32,000 bases of DNA from an uncultured Filomicrobium sp. (GCA_963669235.2 CAXXFS010000008.1:266945-298944); one strand, 5' to 3'; shown: positions 9,503 through 19,213, counted from the first letter of the stretch. A program made the numbers and translations. The notes: generated by a model from the sequence alone, not told the origin.

Positions 9503-10120
9503 TCAGGCCCGTTGAAGCCCTCTGGCAGCGCAGCCGACCAGGAATTCAATCTGGTGGCGGGTTGCTTCGGGCGCGAATTCACCGAGCTTTCGATCGAGAG
9601 ACAGTGATACGATCCCATGTACTGACGCAAACAAAGCCCTGGCGGCACTTTTTCTTTGTTCTTTTTCAGCAACGTCTTTTGCTAGGCACTCTTCGACAAG
9701 CGCAAAAAGTTTGTCCTGATCCTCACGGTACTCCGGTGGAGCGGTGCGGCCTTCAGGCAGCTGATGTTCGAAGATTGCCCGCCAGGGCTTCTTATGTTCG
9801 GAAGCGAAAAGGAAATACGCTTGCGCGAGCGCGAGCAACCGATCGTGTGTCGACACCTGGCGCGCGCGATCATGAGCCGCTTTAAGCGATGCTCCAAGCT
9901 CGGCCAAGGTGAGCATGTTCAGGGCAATAATCAGCTCGTCGAGATCTTCGAACACATTGTAGACCGACCCAACGGAGCAGCCAGCCTCGATGGCGATTCT
10001 GCGGGCTTGAACGCCTGAGAGCCCTTCGTCCGCGATCAATTGCCGGCCAACGTCAAGAATGTTGGAGCGTAGTTTGTCGCGGAATGCCACACTGGACTTA
10101 TGCCTGGTTTGCTTCGTCAC
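9503..10120 (-). CDS. TetR/AcrR family transcriptional regulator
   Basis: N-terminal HTH: ILDVGRQLIADEGLSGVQARRIAIEAGCSVGSVYNVFEDLDELI. 205 aa. Confidence 0.85.
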   Translation of the reverse strand: MTKQTRHKSSVAFRDKLRSNILDVGRQLIADEGLSGVQARRIAIEAGCSVGSVYNVFEDLDELIIALNMLTLAELGASLKAAHDRARQVSTHDRLLALAQAYFLFASEHKKPWRAIFEHQLPEGRTAPPEYREDQDKLFALVEECLAKDVAEKEQRKSAARALFASVHGIVSLSLDRKLGEFAPEATRHQIEFLVGCAARGLQRA

Positions 10121-10373
10121 CCGTTTCGGCTCCTGCGTGTTTGTTGACGATGACCACCTGTCGGACGAAAAGGTCGAGTCTGCAAGTGTCCAAGCTGGTG
10201 GGGCGCAGTGTGATGAACGACGGGCAAGGTATATTGAAAAGAAACGTCCAACCGGCGACGACTAAGGCGCGCGAGAGGGGAGGCGACCGGCTTGACCGCA
10301 TGGGCCGCGAACAGATGTGGCCAGTTGGAACGAGCTTCACGCGATGCGTGTAGTCTATCGTCCCAAGCTGCCG

Positions 10374-11402
10374 TTAAGCGGCCTTCCTCATCAGTCCGCG
10401 ACTCACCATCGTCTCGGCAATCTGCATCGTGTTGAGGGCCGCGCCCTTTAGAAGGTTGTCGGAAACAATCCACATGACAAGGCCACTGTCGACCGTCGCG
10501 TCGGCGCGAATGCGGCTGACGAAGGTGGTGTATTCACCGGCCGCTTCGACCGGGGTGACGTAGCCACCGGGTTCACGCTTGTCGACGACACCGATACCAG
10601 GTGCTTCCCGTAAGATCTCGCGGGCCTCTTCGGGCTCGATTTCTTGTTCGAATTCGATGTTGACCGCTTCGCAATGGCTGACGAAGACCGGCACGCGAAC
10701 ACAGGTCGCCGTCAGCTTGATCGAAGGGTCAAGAATCTTCTTGGTCTCCGCGACCATCTTCCATTCCTCTTTAGTGTAGCCGTCCTCCATGAAGACATCG
10801 ATTTGAGGAATGCAGTTGAAGGCGATTTCCTTGGGAAACTTCTTGGCCGCGACCTCCTGGCCGGGGACATATTTGCCCTTGGTTTGGGACCAAAGTTCGT
10901 CCATGGCCTCCTTGCCGGCGCCGGACACCGATTGGTAGGTGGAGACAATGACGCGCTTGATGCGGGCGTGGTCGTGCAAGGGTTTCAGGGCAACGACGAG
11001 TTGCGCCGTCGAGCAGTTTGGGTTGGCGATGATGTTCTTCTTGGTGAAGCCGGATATGGCATCGGCGTTGACCTCGGGGACAATGAGGGGGACGTCCGGG
11101 TCGTAGCGCCAGCATGAAGAGTTATCGATAACCGTGCAGCCTTTGGCAGCAATCCGCGGACTCCATTCCTTGGATACGGTGGAGCCTGCCGACATCAGGC
11201 AAAAATCGGCCTGGGAAAAGTCAAAGGTCTCAATATCACGGCACTTGAGGCGGCGGTCACCGAAGGACACCTCAACGCCGATCGACCGGCGCGAAGCCAG
11301 CGGGATAACCTCGTCGGCGGGAAACTTCCGGTCGGCAAGAACGTCCAGCATTTCGCGGCCCACGTTGCCCGTGGCGCCGACAATCGCAACCTTGTAGCCC
11401 AT
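10374..11402 (-). CDS. asd: Aspartate-semialdehyde dehydrogenase
   Basis: MGYKVAIVGATGNVGREM Rossmann N-terminus and the catalytic Cys context IIANPNCSTAQLV. 342 aa. Confidence 0.95.
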   Translation of the reverse strand: MGYKVAIVGATGNVGREMLDVLADRKFPADEVIPLASRRSIGVEVSFGDRRLKCRDIETFDFSQADFCLMSAGSTVSKEWSPRIAAKGCTVIDNSSCWRYDPDVPLIVPEVNADAISGFTKKNIIANPNCSTAQLVVALKPLHDHARIKRVIVSTYQSVSGAGKEAMDELWSQTKGKYVPGQEVAAKKFPKEIAFNCIPQIDVFMEDGYTKEEWKMVAETKKILDPSIKLTATCVRVPVFVSHCEAVNIEFEQEIEPEEAREILREAPGIGVVDKREPGGYVTPVEAAGEYTTFVSRIRADATVDSGLVMWIVSDNLLKGAALNTMQIAETMVSRGLMRKAA

Positions 11403-11552
11403 GTCAGGTCCTTAATATTCGCGCGTCGCGGCAGCCTGATCCGTTGATGGAGTGGCAGCACAGCGGACGGTCACGTTTTCCTATTCGACCGCGAAGACTT
11501 AGCGCTTGCAGCCATTTCGTTCAAGGAACCCAAACGTGGGGGGCGAGCGCGA

Positions 11553-11996
11553 TTATCTTTGCTGGTGCATTTCCTGCTGACGCATCGGCATCGAGTCAAT
11601 CAGGCCGAAGAGCCGAGCCGCGGAAACTGGTTTGGATGACCAAAGTTTGGCGCCTCCGTCCTTGCCGATGAGAATGGCGCGAAACTGATCGTTATCGATA
11701 CCATAGGCCGTGCGTAGCGCCAGCGCGGAGCGTCCCGGCCCTTGCCCAAGATCAGTGGAGACGTTATCGCCGGTGACATAGATAACGACCATGTCGCGTT
11801 CACGGAAGCCGGGCTGATTGGCGGCGACAATTGCTTTCTGCCGGCCGAAATCCTGCGCCTTCGCCGACGGTGCGAAGATCAGCAGCGGCCGGTTGTGCCA
11901 TTTGTAGGCCGACATCGAAGCAGAGGGCTCTGGGTCTGTGACAAGCGCCGCGATGAAGAGGGTCAGCAGGGCCGTCGCCATCAACATTCTCGACAT
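11553..11996 (-). CDS. Exported DUF4174-like protein
   Basis: Start trimmed to ATG 11996 (MSRMLMATALLTLF signal peptide). The WHNRPLLIFAPS...RERDMVVIYV...ILIGKDGGAKL pattern matches my recollection of DUF4174. Confidence 0.6.
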   Translation of the reverse strand: MSRMLMATALLTLFIAALVTDPEPSASMSAYKWHNRPLLIFAPSAKAQDFGRQKAIVAANQPGFRERDMVVIYVTGDNVSTDLGQGPGRSALALRTAYGIDNDQFRAILIGKDGGAKLWSSKPVSAARLFGLIDSMPMRQQEMHQQR

Positions 11997-12168
11997 GGGC
12001 TCTTGTCTCCGTTCGCTTGCGAGTAGGTTCACAAGCGGTTTTACGTACGGGCATCCATGCTGGTTTTGAGTGGGCCCGCGTATTGTCGCCGGCCCGCTCA
12101 GGGCCCTATCGTGTAGGGTATTGTTTGAAATCAAAAGTGTTGGGGATTATCGAACGAGGTTGGGTTTG

Positions 12169-12627
12169 GTGACTGTCGCTTCGAAGTTGGCGAGTATTGG
12201 GTCTGCGTTCTGGGTGCTGGCGGGCGCTGTCGCGGTGTCGACAACCGCCACGGCGGCGAAACGGTGGATGGGTGAAGAGGAGTTGCGCGCTACTTTCGCG
12301 GGAGTGACCATTGACGGGCAGTATGAGGACGGACGCAGTTTCACGGAGAGTTATCGCGGTGATATGGCGCTGGCCTATTCGGAAGGGCCGCGCAAGACAG
12401 CGGGGCATTGGTCAGTGATTTCGGACAGATTTTGCACGATCTACAAGGGTGACCCCACGGGTGGCTGTTTCCGCGTGACGCGGATCGGCGAGAACTGCTT
12501 TGAGTTCTACTTCGTGGCGCGGACGGAAGCGCAGGTGCGCCGCCGCAATGAAGGCAAGCCCGGCTGGACGGCACGCGGCTGGATCAAAGGACTGCCGGCG
12601 ACCTGCGTGGAAGAGCCGATTGTGTAA
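12169..12627 (+). CDS. Small exported protein, DUF995-like (assignment tentative)
   Basis: GAGG lies 9 nt before GTG 12169. Signal peptide ends AVAVSTTATAA. The pattern EELRATFAGVTIDG...DG...GHWSV..DRFC...GGCF resembles DUF995 proteins of Rhizobiales. Codon usage is consistent with coding. Confidence 0.5.
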   Translation: MTVASKLASIGSAFWVLAGAVAVSTTATAAKRWMGEEELRATFAGVTIDGQYEDGRSFTESYRGDMALAYSEGPRKTAGHWSVISDRFCTIYKGDPTGGCFRVTRIGENCFEFYFVARTEAQVRRRNEGKPGWTARGWIKGLPATCVEEPIV

Positions 12628-12704
12628 TGGCATGCGGCTCGTTCGGGCGTGCCTGCGCGTCGTACTATTGATGTTTTGTGCTTCGTATTTTGAGGGAGAT
12701 GACG

Positions 12705-13310
12705 ATGGTGAATAAGGCCTCACCGGGTGTGCCGGGCTATCTTTTTTCGCTCTTGCTGGTGCTCCTGGTGATCATTGCGCTGGCTTCCTTGGCGACGACA
12801 CTTCTGACGTTGAACTTTGATGCCGCCCTGGACGAACTGGAGGCAGAGGATTACTCCGACGTCACGAATGTCGGAGCTGTTTCGGGTGATGGCCCAAAGT
12901 TCATTTTGGAGGGAGTGGCTTGTAATTCGAAGTCCTACGTCCCGGTCATATCGACGGTATACTCTGGCAACAAGCATACGGTGACCGGTTTGGCCGCGAC
13001 GCTGAGTATCCGAAACGTCTCGGAGACAGAAGAATTCGGGCTCACGCGTGTCGACTATTTCGATACGAATGGCAAACGTCTGCGTCGTTACGTGAAAGAT
13101 CCGATCCGTATCGGGCCCCTTCAAACGCGCCAGTACTACGTTGACCTATCCGATGGTGAAGGGGGCAGCGGCGCGAACTTCATCGTGGCCTGGGCAGGAA
13201 ACCGGGATACGCCCGCGCCGTTGATCGACGCCGTCATGATCGGCGGCTACGGTACCAAGGGTATCTCGCTGGTTACGCATAACACGGCGCCGGAGCAGAG
13301 CTGCGAGTGA
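12705..13310 (+). CDS. DUF3124-like membrane-anchored protein
   Basis: GGGAG lies 6 nt before ATG 12705. One N-terminal TM helix (YLFSLLLVLLVIIALASL). Conserved-looking core YVPVISTVYSG...LSIRNVS...VDYFDTNGKRLRRY...GGSGANFIVAW...LIDAVMIG matches my recollection of DUF3124. Confidence 0.6.
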   Translation: MVNKASPGVPGYLFSLLLVLLVIIALASLATTLLTLNFDAALDELEAEDYSDVTNVGAVSGDGPKFILEGVACNSKSYVPVISTVYSGNKHTVTGLAATLSIRNVSETEEFGLTRVDYFDTNGKRLRRYVKDPIRIGPLQTRQYYVDLSDGEGGSGANFIVAWAGNRDTPAPLIDAVMIGGYGTKGISLVTHNTAPEQSCE

Positions 13311-13400
13311 ATTTGGGTAGGCCGCGGTTTGGATGTGAGCTGGTGCCCAGTCGATTTGTCTGGTGAGGCCCGGCGCGCCAATCGAACTGATGTCCGCCGG

Positions 13401-14195
13401 CTACTTCAAAATGCGGCCGAACAGCCAACATGCGGCCTGCACGATACCGCCTGGACGGATGATGCCTTCGATGACGCGAGGTGCGGCAACGATGTCGTAG
13501 CTAGCTGACAGGCTCTCGATCTCGAGCCAGTGGAAGGGCTGACCAGTGAATTCGTTGACGAGTTCGCGGTGGCTTTTGATAACGCCGTTGATGAGCGCAT
13601 TGGACGAGGGAGCCCGGGGGGTGATGAACTGATCTGCCTCGGGCTCTGATTCCGCGAACAGACCGACCGGGAAGAATGACCGGGCAGCAAAGCCTGGTCC
13701 TTCGCTTTGAGCGTCGTTGAAGGCGGCCTCGTCGCCAAACGCCTTGAGCTCGCGGCAGAACCCGCAGATGCGGGCGCGGCAGGTGGCTGGCAGGTTCTGG
13801 CTGCTGAAGGCGGCAAAGTCGACGGCATCAAATACGAGCGGGTAATCGCCGCCGGCTGCACCTCCCTCACCGACGCCAACCCAGGCCTGGTAAGCACCTT
13901 CGAAGGCATTGTCGTCGGGCCTGTTAATGCGTTCGGTGATGTTCAAGGAGATTTCGCTGGAGCCATCAAAGAACGGGGTGAGTCCCTGGATCTCGCGGAC
14001 CGCGTCAGGGCTGTCGCTGCTGGCCGGTGCGATGTGGAGCCAGACTTCAGCACCTGACCGGGAGCGCCAGACCGCGTAATCACCAACGGGAGTGGAGAGA
14101 CCTTCGCGGGCGGCTTCAGCGAGGCCCGTGACGAGCTTTTCGAAAGCGGCGCGGTCTGCAACTCTGAGGCCGATCGTTTCTAGATTGCTGGCCAT
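13401..14195 (-). CDS. Hypothetical protein, 264 aa, no family recognised
   Basis: Long ORF with GC3-rich codon usage. Start trimmed to ATG 14195, which follows AAGGAGAG. The 14330 start in the track would overlap the leuB 3' end. Confidence 0.55.
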   Translation of the reverse strand: MASNLETIGLRVADRAAFEKLVTGLAEAAREGLSTPVGDYAVWRSRSGAEVWLHIAPASSDSPDAVREIQGLTPFFDGSSEISLNITERINRPDDNAFEGAYQAWVGVGEGGAAGGDYPLVFDAVDFAAFSSQNLPATCRARICGFCRELKAFGDEAAFNDAQSEGPGFAARSFFPVGLFAESEPEADQFITPRAPSSNALINGVIKSHRELVNEFTGQPFHWLEIESLSASYDIVAAPRVIEGIIRPGGIVQAACWLFGRILK

Positions 14196-14310
14196 GCTCG
14201 GGCTCTCCTTTTGATCTGCCGTGCAGAGGCATTCCCCGATCCACGACGCGGGTTCGCTGGGTGTTGGCCCGCGTCGGGTCCGGGTCGTGCGATCCGAAAC
14301 GAACAGGGGG

Positions 14311-15426
14311 TCAAGCCGTCGCCGCTTCAATCTCCTCAGCGATCGCCTTGCCCATCTCCTCGGTGCCCACCTTAGTCATGCCGCTTTGCATAATGTCCGC
14401 GGTGCGCAGGCCATTGTCGAGGACCTTAGCAATTGCCTGCTCAATGATGTCGGCTTCAGTGGACATGTCGCAGGAATAGCGAAGGGCCATCGCGAAGCTC
14501 GCAATCATCGCAATCGGGTTGGCGAGGCCTTGGCCGGCGATATCGGGAGCAGAGCCGTGCACGGGCTCGTAGAGCGCTTTGCTGCGACCGGTTTTGGGAT
14601 CAGGGGCGCCAAGGGAAGCCGATGGCAGCATGCCAAGCGAGCCGGTCATCATGGCGGCTTCGTCGGAGAGAACATCGCCGAACAGATTGTCAGTGACGAT
14701 GACGTCAAACTGCTTGGGGTTGCGGATAAGCTGCATAGCGCAGTTGTCGGCTAGGATCAGTTCCAGCTCAACGTCGGGAGCGTACTCCCGGTGCGTGGCG
14801 ACAGTGACATCTCGCCAGAGAACGCCTGACTTCATGACGTTCCATTTGGCCGCCATGTGTAGCTTCCCGGAGCGCTTGCGGGCGAGATCGCATCCAACCT
14901 TTACGATGCGCTCGATTTCACGCGCCGTATAGACTGTGGTGTCGACAGCGCGTTTCTCGCCATCTTCCAGCGTGACGATTTCCTTGGGTTCGCCGAAGTA
15001 TGTGCCGCCGGTGAGTTCGCGCAGGATGAGAATGTCGAGGCCCTCGACGAGTTCGCGCTTCAGCGATGAAGCCTCGGCAAGTGCGGGATAGCAGATCGCC
15101 GGACGCAGGTTGGCGAACAGGTCGAAGTCCTTGCGCAACCGCAAGAGGCCTGCCTCGGGTCGTATCTCGTAGGGAACGTGATCCCACTGGGAGCCGCCGA
15201 CGGCGCCGAAAATAATCGCGTCGGCATCCGACGCCTTGGCAATAGCCTCTTCTGCTATGGCAACGCCGTGAGCGTCGATTGCAGCACCGCCGACCAGGTC
15301 GATCTCGATTTCAAAGGTGTTGGGGCCGCCCTTGCGGTGCAAAGTCTCTATGACGCGTTCAACTTCGCGGCTGATTTCGACGCCGATACCATCGCCAGGG
15401 AGCAAGAGCAGTTTGTGAGTGGTCAT
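14311..15426 (-). CDS. leuB: 3-isopropylmalate dehydrogenase
   Basis: LLLPGDGIGVEI N-terminus, and the LRELTGGTYFGEPK and GSLGMLPSASLG signatures. 371 aa. Confidence 0.95.
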   Translation of the reverse strand: MTTHKLLLLPGDGIGVEISREVERVIETLHRKGGPNTFEIEIDLVGGAAIDAHGVAIAEEAIAKASDADAIIFGAVGGSQWDHVPYEIRPEAGLLRLRKDFDLFANLRPAICYPALAEASSLKRELVEGLDILILRELTGGTYFGEPKEIVTLEDGEKRAVDTTVYTAREIERIVKVGCDLARKRSGKLHMAAKWNVMKSGVLWRDVTVATHREYAPDVELELILADNCAMQLIRNPKQFDVIVTDNLFGDVLSDEAAMMTGSLGMLPSASLGAPDPKTGRSKALYEPVHGSAPDIAGQGLANPIAMIASFAMALRYSCDMSTEADIIEQAIAKVLDNGLRTADIMQSGMTKVGTEEMGKAIAEEIEAATA

Positions 15427-15549
15427 ATTCGTTTCTCGTGTTGGGTGCTTGTTAGTTTGCCGGGGACCGCACTACTGCGGGGCGAACGTTACATGGTGAG
15501 GAGCTGGCGCCGTGACGTCGATTAGAAAGCGCAGGGCACGTTTCTTTTC

Positions 15550-15569
15550 GTTGGCCGGTACCGGCCAAC
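15550..15569. promoter_or_regulatory. Perfect 20-bp palindrome GTTGGCCGGTACCGGCCAAC in the leuB / dsrE-like divergent intergenic region; candidate operator
   Basis: The sequence equals its own reverse complement. It lies 124 bp upstream of the leuB ATG and 247 bp upstream of the dsrE-like ATG. No U-tract follows on either strand, so it is unlikely to be a terminator. Confidence 0.35.
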
Positions 15570-15816
15570 CTTAGGTGTTGATGACACGATTTTACTCGGG
15601 TCCGACTGCTCTACCGCGACGGAACTCCGCCTGCAAGCCGCTGGCGGGTTGGTTGGCAGCTACCGCACCGCAGCACAGGCTTTAGCTTGGGTAATAGGCG
15701 TTCACGAGCATTTGGATTGCCTAAGGTGGGCCGGCGCTGTCATGTTTCGCCACAGCTACGGGCCGTCGCGATTGCGTGTGCCGGTGGTTCAATCAGACAT
15801 ATTGAGGAACGTGGAA

Positions 15817-16275
15817 ATGCTCAGAGTATTTATTGGAATGGCGATGGCTGCGGTTGTCGGGATTGCCGGTGTGGTGATGGCAAACGCCGAAGACAGCCGC
15901 TATGGCAAGCAAAAGGTCGTCTACCACATCAACTATCCAGGTGGTGAGGGCGGCAAGAAGTATCATGGCGCGCTGCGCAATATCCAGAACCACATCAATG
16001 CCGTTGGAAAAGACAATCTCGAGGTTTCCGTTGTCATGCATGGCAATGGGCTGGGCTTGCTGATGCAGGCCAAGGACGATCTGAAACTCCAAGGCAACGT
16101 CAGCAACCTCAAAGCTCAGAACGTAGCTTTCAATGTCTGCTCGAACACGTTGCGGGGCCGCAAGATCGACAAGGACAAGGATCTCTTCGAGGTTTTCGAA
16201 GAGGACATCGTTCCTTCGGGCGTCGCCGAAGTGAGCCGACTGCAAGGCATGGGCTACACGTATATAAAGCCATAA
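15817..16275 (+). CDS. DsrE/DsrF-like family protein with an N-terminal signal peptide
   Basis: GAGGA lies upstream of ATG 15817. Signal peptide MLRVFIGMAMAAVVGIAGVVMANA. KVVYHINYP ... VVMHGNGL ... FNVCSNTL resembles the DsrE-like fold, with its conserved Cys. Confidence 0.6.
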   Translation: MLRVFIGMAMAAVVGIAGVVMANAEDSRYGKQKVVYHINYPGGEGGKKYHGALRNIQNHINAVGKDNLEVSVVMHGNGLGLLMQAKDDLKLQGNVSNLKAQNVAFNVCSNTLRGRKIDKDKDLFEVFEEDIVPSGVAEVSRLQGMGYTYIKP

Positions 16276-16299
16276 CGCTGCGGCGGGGCGTGCATATGG

Positions 16300-16923
16300 T
16301 CAGGCCACAAGGTTGCGGCGGTCTTCTACGTGTCCGTGCATTGTCAGCCGGTAGACCATTGGCACGCCGGTCGCCACTTCACGTTCAATGATCTGCTGAG
16401 CGGATAGCTCTTCCAGATACATGATCAAGGCGCGTATGGAATTACCGTGCGCGGCGACGATGACGTTCTTGCCGGCTCTAACATCGGGCCAGATCTTGTT
16501 CTTGTAGTAGGGCAGGACGCGTGTGGCGGTGTCTTTCAAGCTCTCGCCGCCAGGGGGCGGGATATCAAAGCTGCGCCGCCACATCAGAACCTGTTCCTCG
16601 CCCCACTGCTTACGCGCCTCGTCCTTGTTGAGCCCAGACAGTTCCCCGTAGTCGCGTTCGTTTAGAGCTTGGTCGCAGACAACAGGGATTTGTGTCTGGT
16701 TGAGGTTCTCCATAATGAGAGACAGCGTTCTTTGTGCCCGCTTTAATACGCTGGTGTAAGCAATGTCGAATTTTATGCCTTGGGCCTTGAGTAGTTTGCC
16801 GGCCTTAATTGCTTCCTGGACACCGAGTTGCGTAAGATCCGGATCGCGCCAGCCCGTAAACAGATTGCGCTCGTTCCATTCGCTCTGACCGTGGCGTACG
16901 AGCACAAGAACGTTATCCATCAT
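16300..16923 (-). CDS. gpmA: 2,3-bisphosphoglycerate-dependent phosphoglycerate mutase
   Basis: [20 protein letters not shown] catalytic His motif and the [10 protein letters not shown] second His motif. 207 aa. Located downstream of dapB, as in many alphaproteobacteria. Confidence 0.92.
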   Translation of the reverse strand: MMDNVLVLVRHGQSEWNERNLFTGWRDPDLTQLGVQEAIKAGKLLKAQGIKFDIAYTSVLKRAQRTLSLIMENLNQTQIPVVCDQALNERDYGELSGLNKDEARKQWGEEQVLMWRRSFDIPPPGGESLKDTATRVLPYYKNKIWPDVRAGKNVIVAAHGNSIRALIMYLEELSAQQIIEREVATGVPMVYRLTMHGHVEDRRNLVA

Positions 16924-16964
16924 CTGGCGTCCCCTTTAACCCTCAATCTGTTCTATAAGCCAAG

Positions 16965-17771
16965 CTATAGGCCCAGAACGTCAATCATGGAATATAATCC
17001 TGGCTCTTTGTCGCGTGCCCAAAGGGCCGCTTTTACGGCTCCACGGGCGAAAATAGAGCGATCTTCGGCATGGTGCGACAGCGATATGCGTTCACCATTA
17101 CCGGCGAAAATCACAGTATGTTCTCCTACCACCGAACCGCCGCGAAGGGTCTGAATGCCGATGTCGCCTGGGCGGCGTTCGCCGGTGTGCCCTTCCCTGG
17201 TGCGGACGGCTTTTTCCTGCAATGCAGCCCCGCGGCCGTCGGCTGCAGCCTGCGCCAACATTAGCGCAGTGCCGGAGGGGGCATCAACTTTGTGGCGATG
17301 ATGCATTTCGACGATCTCAATGTCGAAATCCTCATCAAGGGCGGCGGCGACCTTGGCGGCAAGGGCGGTTAGAAGGTTGACCCCCAGGCTCATGTTTCCG
17401 GCCTTGACGATGCGGGTTCGTTTCGCCGCTTCGCAGATAGCCGCTTCGTCTTCGGCCGAAAAGCCGGTGGTGCCGACGATGTGGATAACACCATGCTCAG
17501 CGGCCAATCTGGCGAACCGGGTGGTGGCCTGAGGGGCTGTGAAGTCCACAATGGCATCGGAAGCGGCGATGACTTCCTCTGTCTGTGAGCTGACAGCGAG
17601 GCCCAGCGGGTCGAGGCCCGCCAGCGTTCCCAGATCAGCGCCCAGTGCGGGCGAGCCGGCTTGCTCGGTGCCGCCGGAAAGTGCCGCGCCAGAAGTCTCA
17701 TGGATGGCGCGAACGAGAGCCCGGCCCATTCGTCCCGAGGCCCCCATGACCGCTATTTTTAAATCAGCCAT
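16965..17771 (-). CDS. dapB: 4-hydroxy-tetrahydrodipicolinate reductase
   Basis: Start trimmed to ATG 17771 ([16 protein letters not shown]). The [15 protein letters not shown] signature is present. Confidence 0.92.
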   Translation of the reverse strand: MADLKIAVMGASGRMGRALVRAIHETSGAALSGGTEQAGSPALGADLGTLAGLDPLGLAVSSQTEEVIAASDAIVDFTAPQATTRFARLAAEHGVIHIVGTTGFSAEDEAAICEAAKRTRIVKAGNMSLGVNLLTALAAKVAAALDEDFDIEIVEMHHRHKVDAPSGTALMLAQAAADGRGAALQEKAVRTREGHTGERRPGDIGIQTLRGGSVVGEHTVIFAGNGERISLSHHAEDRSIFARGAVKAALWARDKEPGLYSMIDVLGL

Positions 17772-17811
17772 GCTCTGCTTGCCGTGCCTCCGGTTTGATT
17801 TTTTAGGGCGA

Positions 17812-18342
17812 TCAAGCGGTTTTCGCGCGTTCGACCCCCTCAACAATGCGCTGACGGGCTTCCTCGGCGTTGCCCCAGTGCCCGATCTTGACCCACTTGT
17901 CCGGCTCCAAGTCTTTGTAGTGATTGAAGAAATGCTCGATTTGGCTCATCGAGATGTCCGGAAGATCGGTATAGTTCTGGATCTTGTCATAGCGCTTGGT
18001 CAACTTTGATGTCGGCACGGCGATGATCTTTTCGTCTCCGCCGCCATCATCCTCCATGACGAGAACGCCGACCGGCCTGCAATTGATGACCGCGCCCGGG
18101 AATATCGTCCGCGTGTTGCAGACCAGGACATCGACAGGGTCACCGTCAGCAGAAAGCGTGTGCGGGACGAAGCCGTAATTGCCCGGGTAGCGCATCGGCG
18201 TGTACAGGAAGCGGTCGACGAACAGGGTGCCGGCATCCTTGTCCATCTCGTATTTGATCGGTTCGCCGCCAACTGGGACCTCTATGATGACGTTGATGTC
18301 TTGTGGCGGGTTCTGACCGATGGGGATGGCGTCGATGCGCAT
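17812..18342 (-). CDS. ppa: Inorganic pyrophosphatase (family I)
   Basis: [47 protein letters not shown]. 176 aa. Confidence 0.95.
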   Translation of the reverse strand: MRIDAIPIGQNPPQDINVIIEVPVGGEPIKYEMDKDAGTLFVDRFLYTPMRYPGNYGFVPHTLSADGDPVDVLVCNTRTIFPGAVINCRPVGVLVMEDDGGGDEKIIAVPTSKLTKRYDKIQNYTDLPDISMSQIEHFFNHYKDLEPDKWVKIGHWGNAEEARQRIVEGVERAKTA

Positions 18343-18570
18343 GTTGGTACTCCTGGGCTCGGCGGGCGACCGGTCGCGGAAAGTCTGCCGCGTGACCGTC
18401 GTTTTGGGGGCGCACGGAATAAAGTGCTACTGTTGGCGTCGTCAATCCTTCATACGCCGTGCAGCACCGGGACACCAGCAGATGGGGATGGGCTTTTGGT
18501 GGGAGGCGCGTCGTTTGGCTTGGCCCTTAGGCTGCGTGGTTGCGAACGGCGAGCAGAGCCTAGTGGCGAT

Positions 18571-19080
18571 TCAATCCCATACGTAGCCGAGCTTCTCCAG
18601 CGGGGCGCCCAGGGACAAATCAATACGGCGAAGTTTGGCGCCGCCGCCGCGGTGGCAATAGAATTCGCGGGCGGCAAGATTCTCTCTCAATACCCAAACC
18701 ATCAGGCCTTTGAGGCCACGTTGGTCGAGGGCGGAGCGGCAGGCTTCAAAAAGGTGTTCGCCGAAGCCGAGACCCTGATAGAGCGGCGCAAGGTAGAGTT
18801 CGTAGATCTCACCTTCCTGAGGTCCGGGGTAGCGGGCGCGACCGAAGCTCGCGTAGCCGGCCGGTTCTCCGATGACCTCAAGGATAAGATAGGCGCCGCC
18901 GCGGTACATGGTCCGCGACCACCAGCGTTCGCCGCGGTGCGCCAGTGTCTTGGCAAGCTGATCATAGGGGATGACGCCGGTGTAGGCCTGGCGCCAGGAC
19001 GATTGAAAAATTTCGGCCAGCGCGGCGGCGTCGGAGACGGTCGCGGGGCGGACTGAGACGTGGCGATTTGCGTCCAGCAT
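18571..19080 (-). CDS. GNAT family N-acetyltransferase
   Basis: The acetyl-CoA binding motif region YLAPLYQGLGFGEHLFE (Q/RxxGxG/A) has the typical GNAT layout. 169 aa. Confidence 0.8.
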   Translation of the reverse strand: MLDANRHVSVRPATVSDAAALAEIFQSSWRQAYTGVIPYDQLAKTLAHRGERWWSRTMYRGGAYLILEVIGEPAGYASFGRARYPGPQEGEIYELYLAPLYQGLGFGEHLFEACRSALDQRGLKGLMVWVLRENLAAREFYCHRGGGAKLRRIDLSLGAPLEKLGYVWD

Positions 19081-19177
19081 GAAGTCAGCCTAGCAGGTCG
19101 CCAACTGAGAGGCCAGAAAGCCGGGGACGCTATTCGCGTGCCCGCCAAATCCGCAGGAAGATGCGTGTTGCCGTTCC

Positions 19178-19213
19178 AAAAAAGCAAACGGCGCGGGCTT
19201 TGAGGCCCGCGCC
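19178..19213 (-). terminator. Rho-independent terminator downstream of the phasin gene
   Basis: On the minus strand: GGCGCGGGC-CTCAAA-GCCCGCGCC (9-bp GC-rich stem, 6-nt loop), followed by GTTTGCTTTTTT. Confidence 0.65.

Noticed and set aside
13401-14330. N-terminally extended ORF-track models, also at 27914..28714, 29867..31021, 16965..17846, 21836..23725, 19261..19812, 11553..12134, 15649..16275 and 25922..27007.
   Set aside because: The extensions are Arg/Pro-rich and lack family similarity. Some overlap the neighbouring gene, and internal ATGs with good SD sequences give family-typical N-termini or signal peptides. I trimmed the starts rather than treating these as unusual long isoforms.
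18366-18377. A 12-bp palindrome GCGACCGGTCGC upstream of ppa.
   Set aside because: Palindromes with 6-bp arms are expected several times by chance in 32 kb of GC-rich DNA.
18160-19056. A long 298-aa + strand ORF, with similar long ORFs at 22091..23026, 10644..11117, 4491..5054, 6281..6940, 1657..2175 and 31226..31861.
   Set aside because: All lie antisense to, or out of frame within, genes that have unmistakable family motifs (GNAT/ppa, typA, asd, mtaB, ftsY, EF-hand, secA). Their translations are Arg/Ala/Gly-rich low-information sequence, typical of shadow ORFs in GC-rich DNA.
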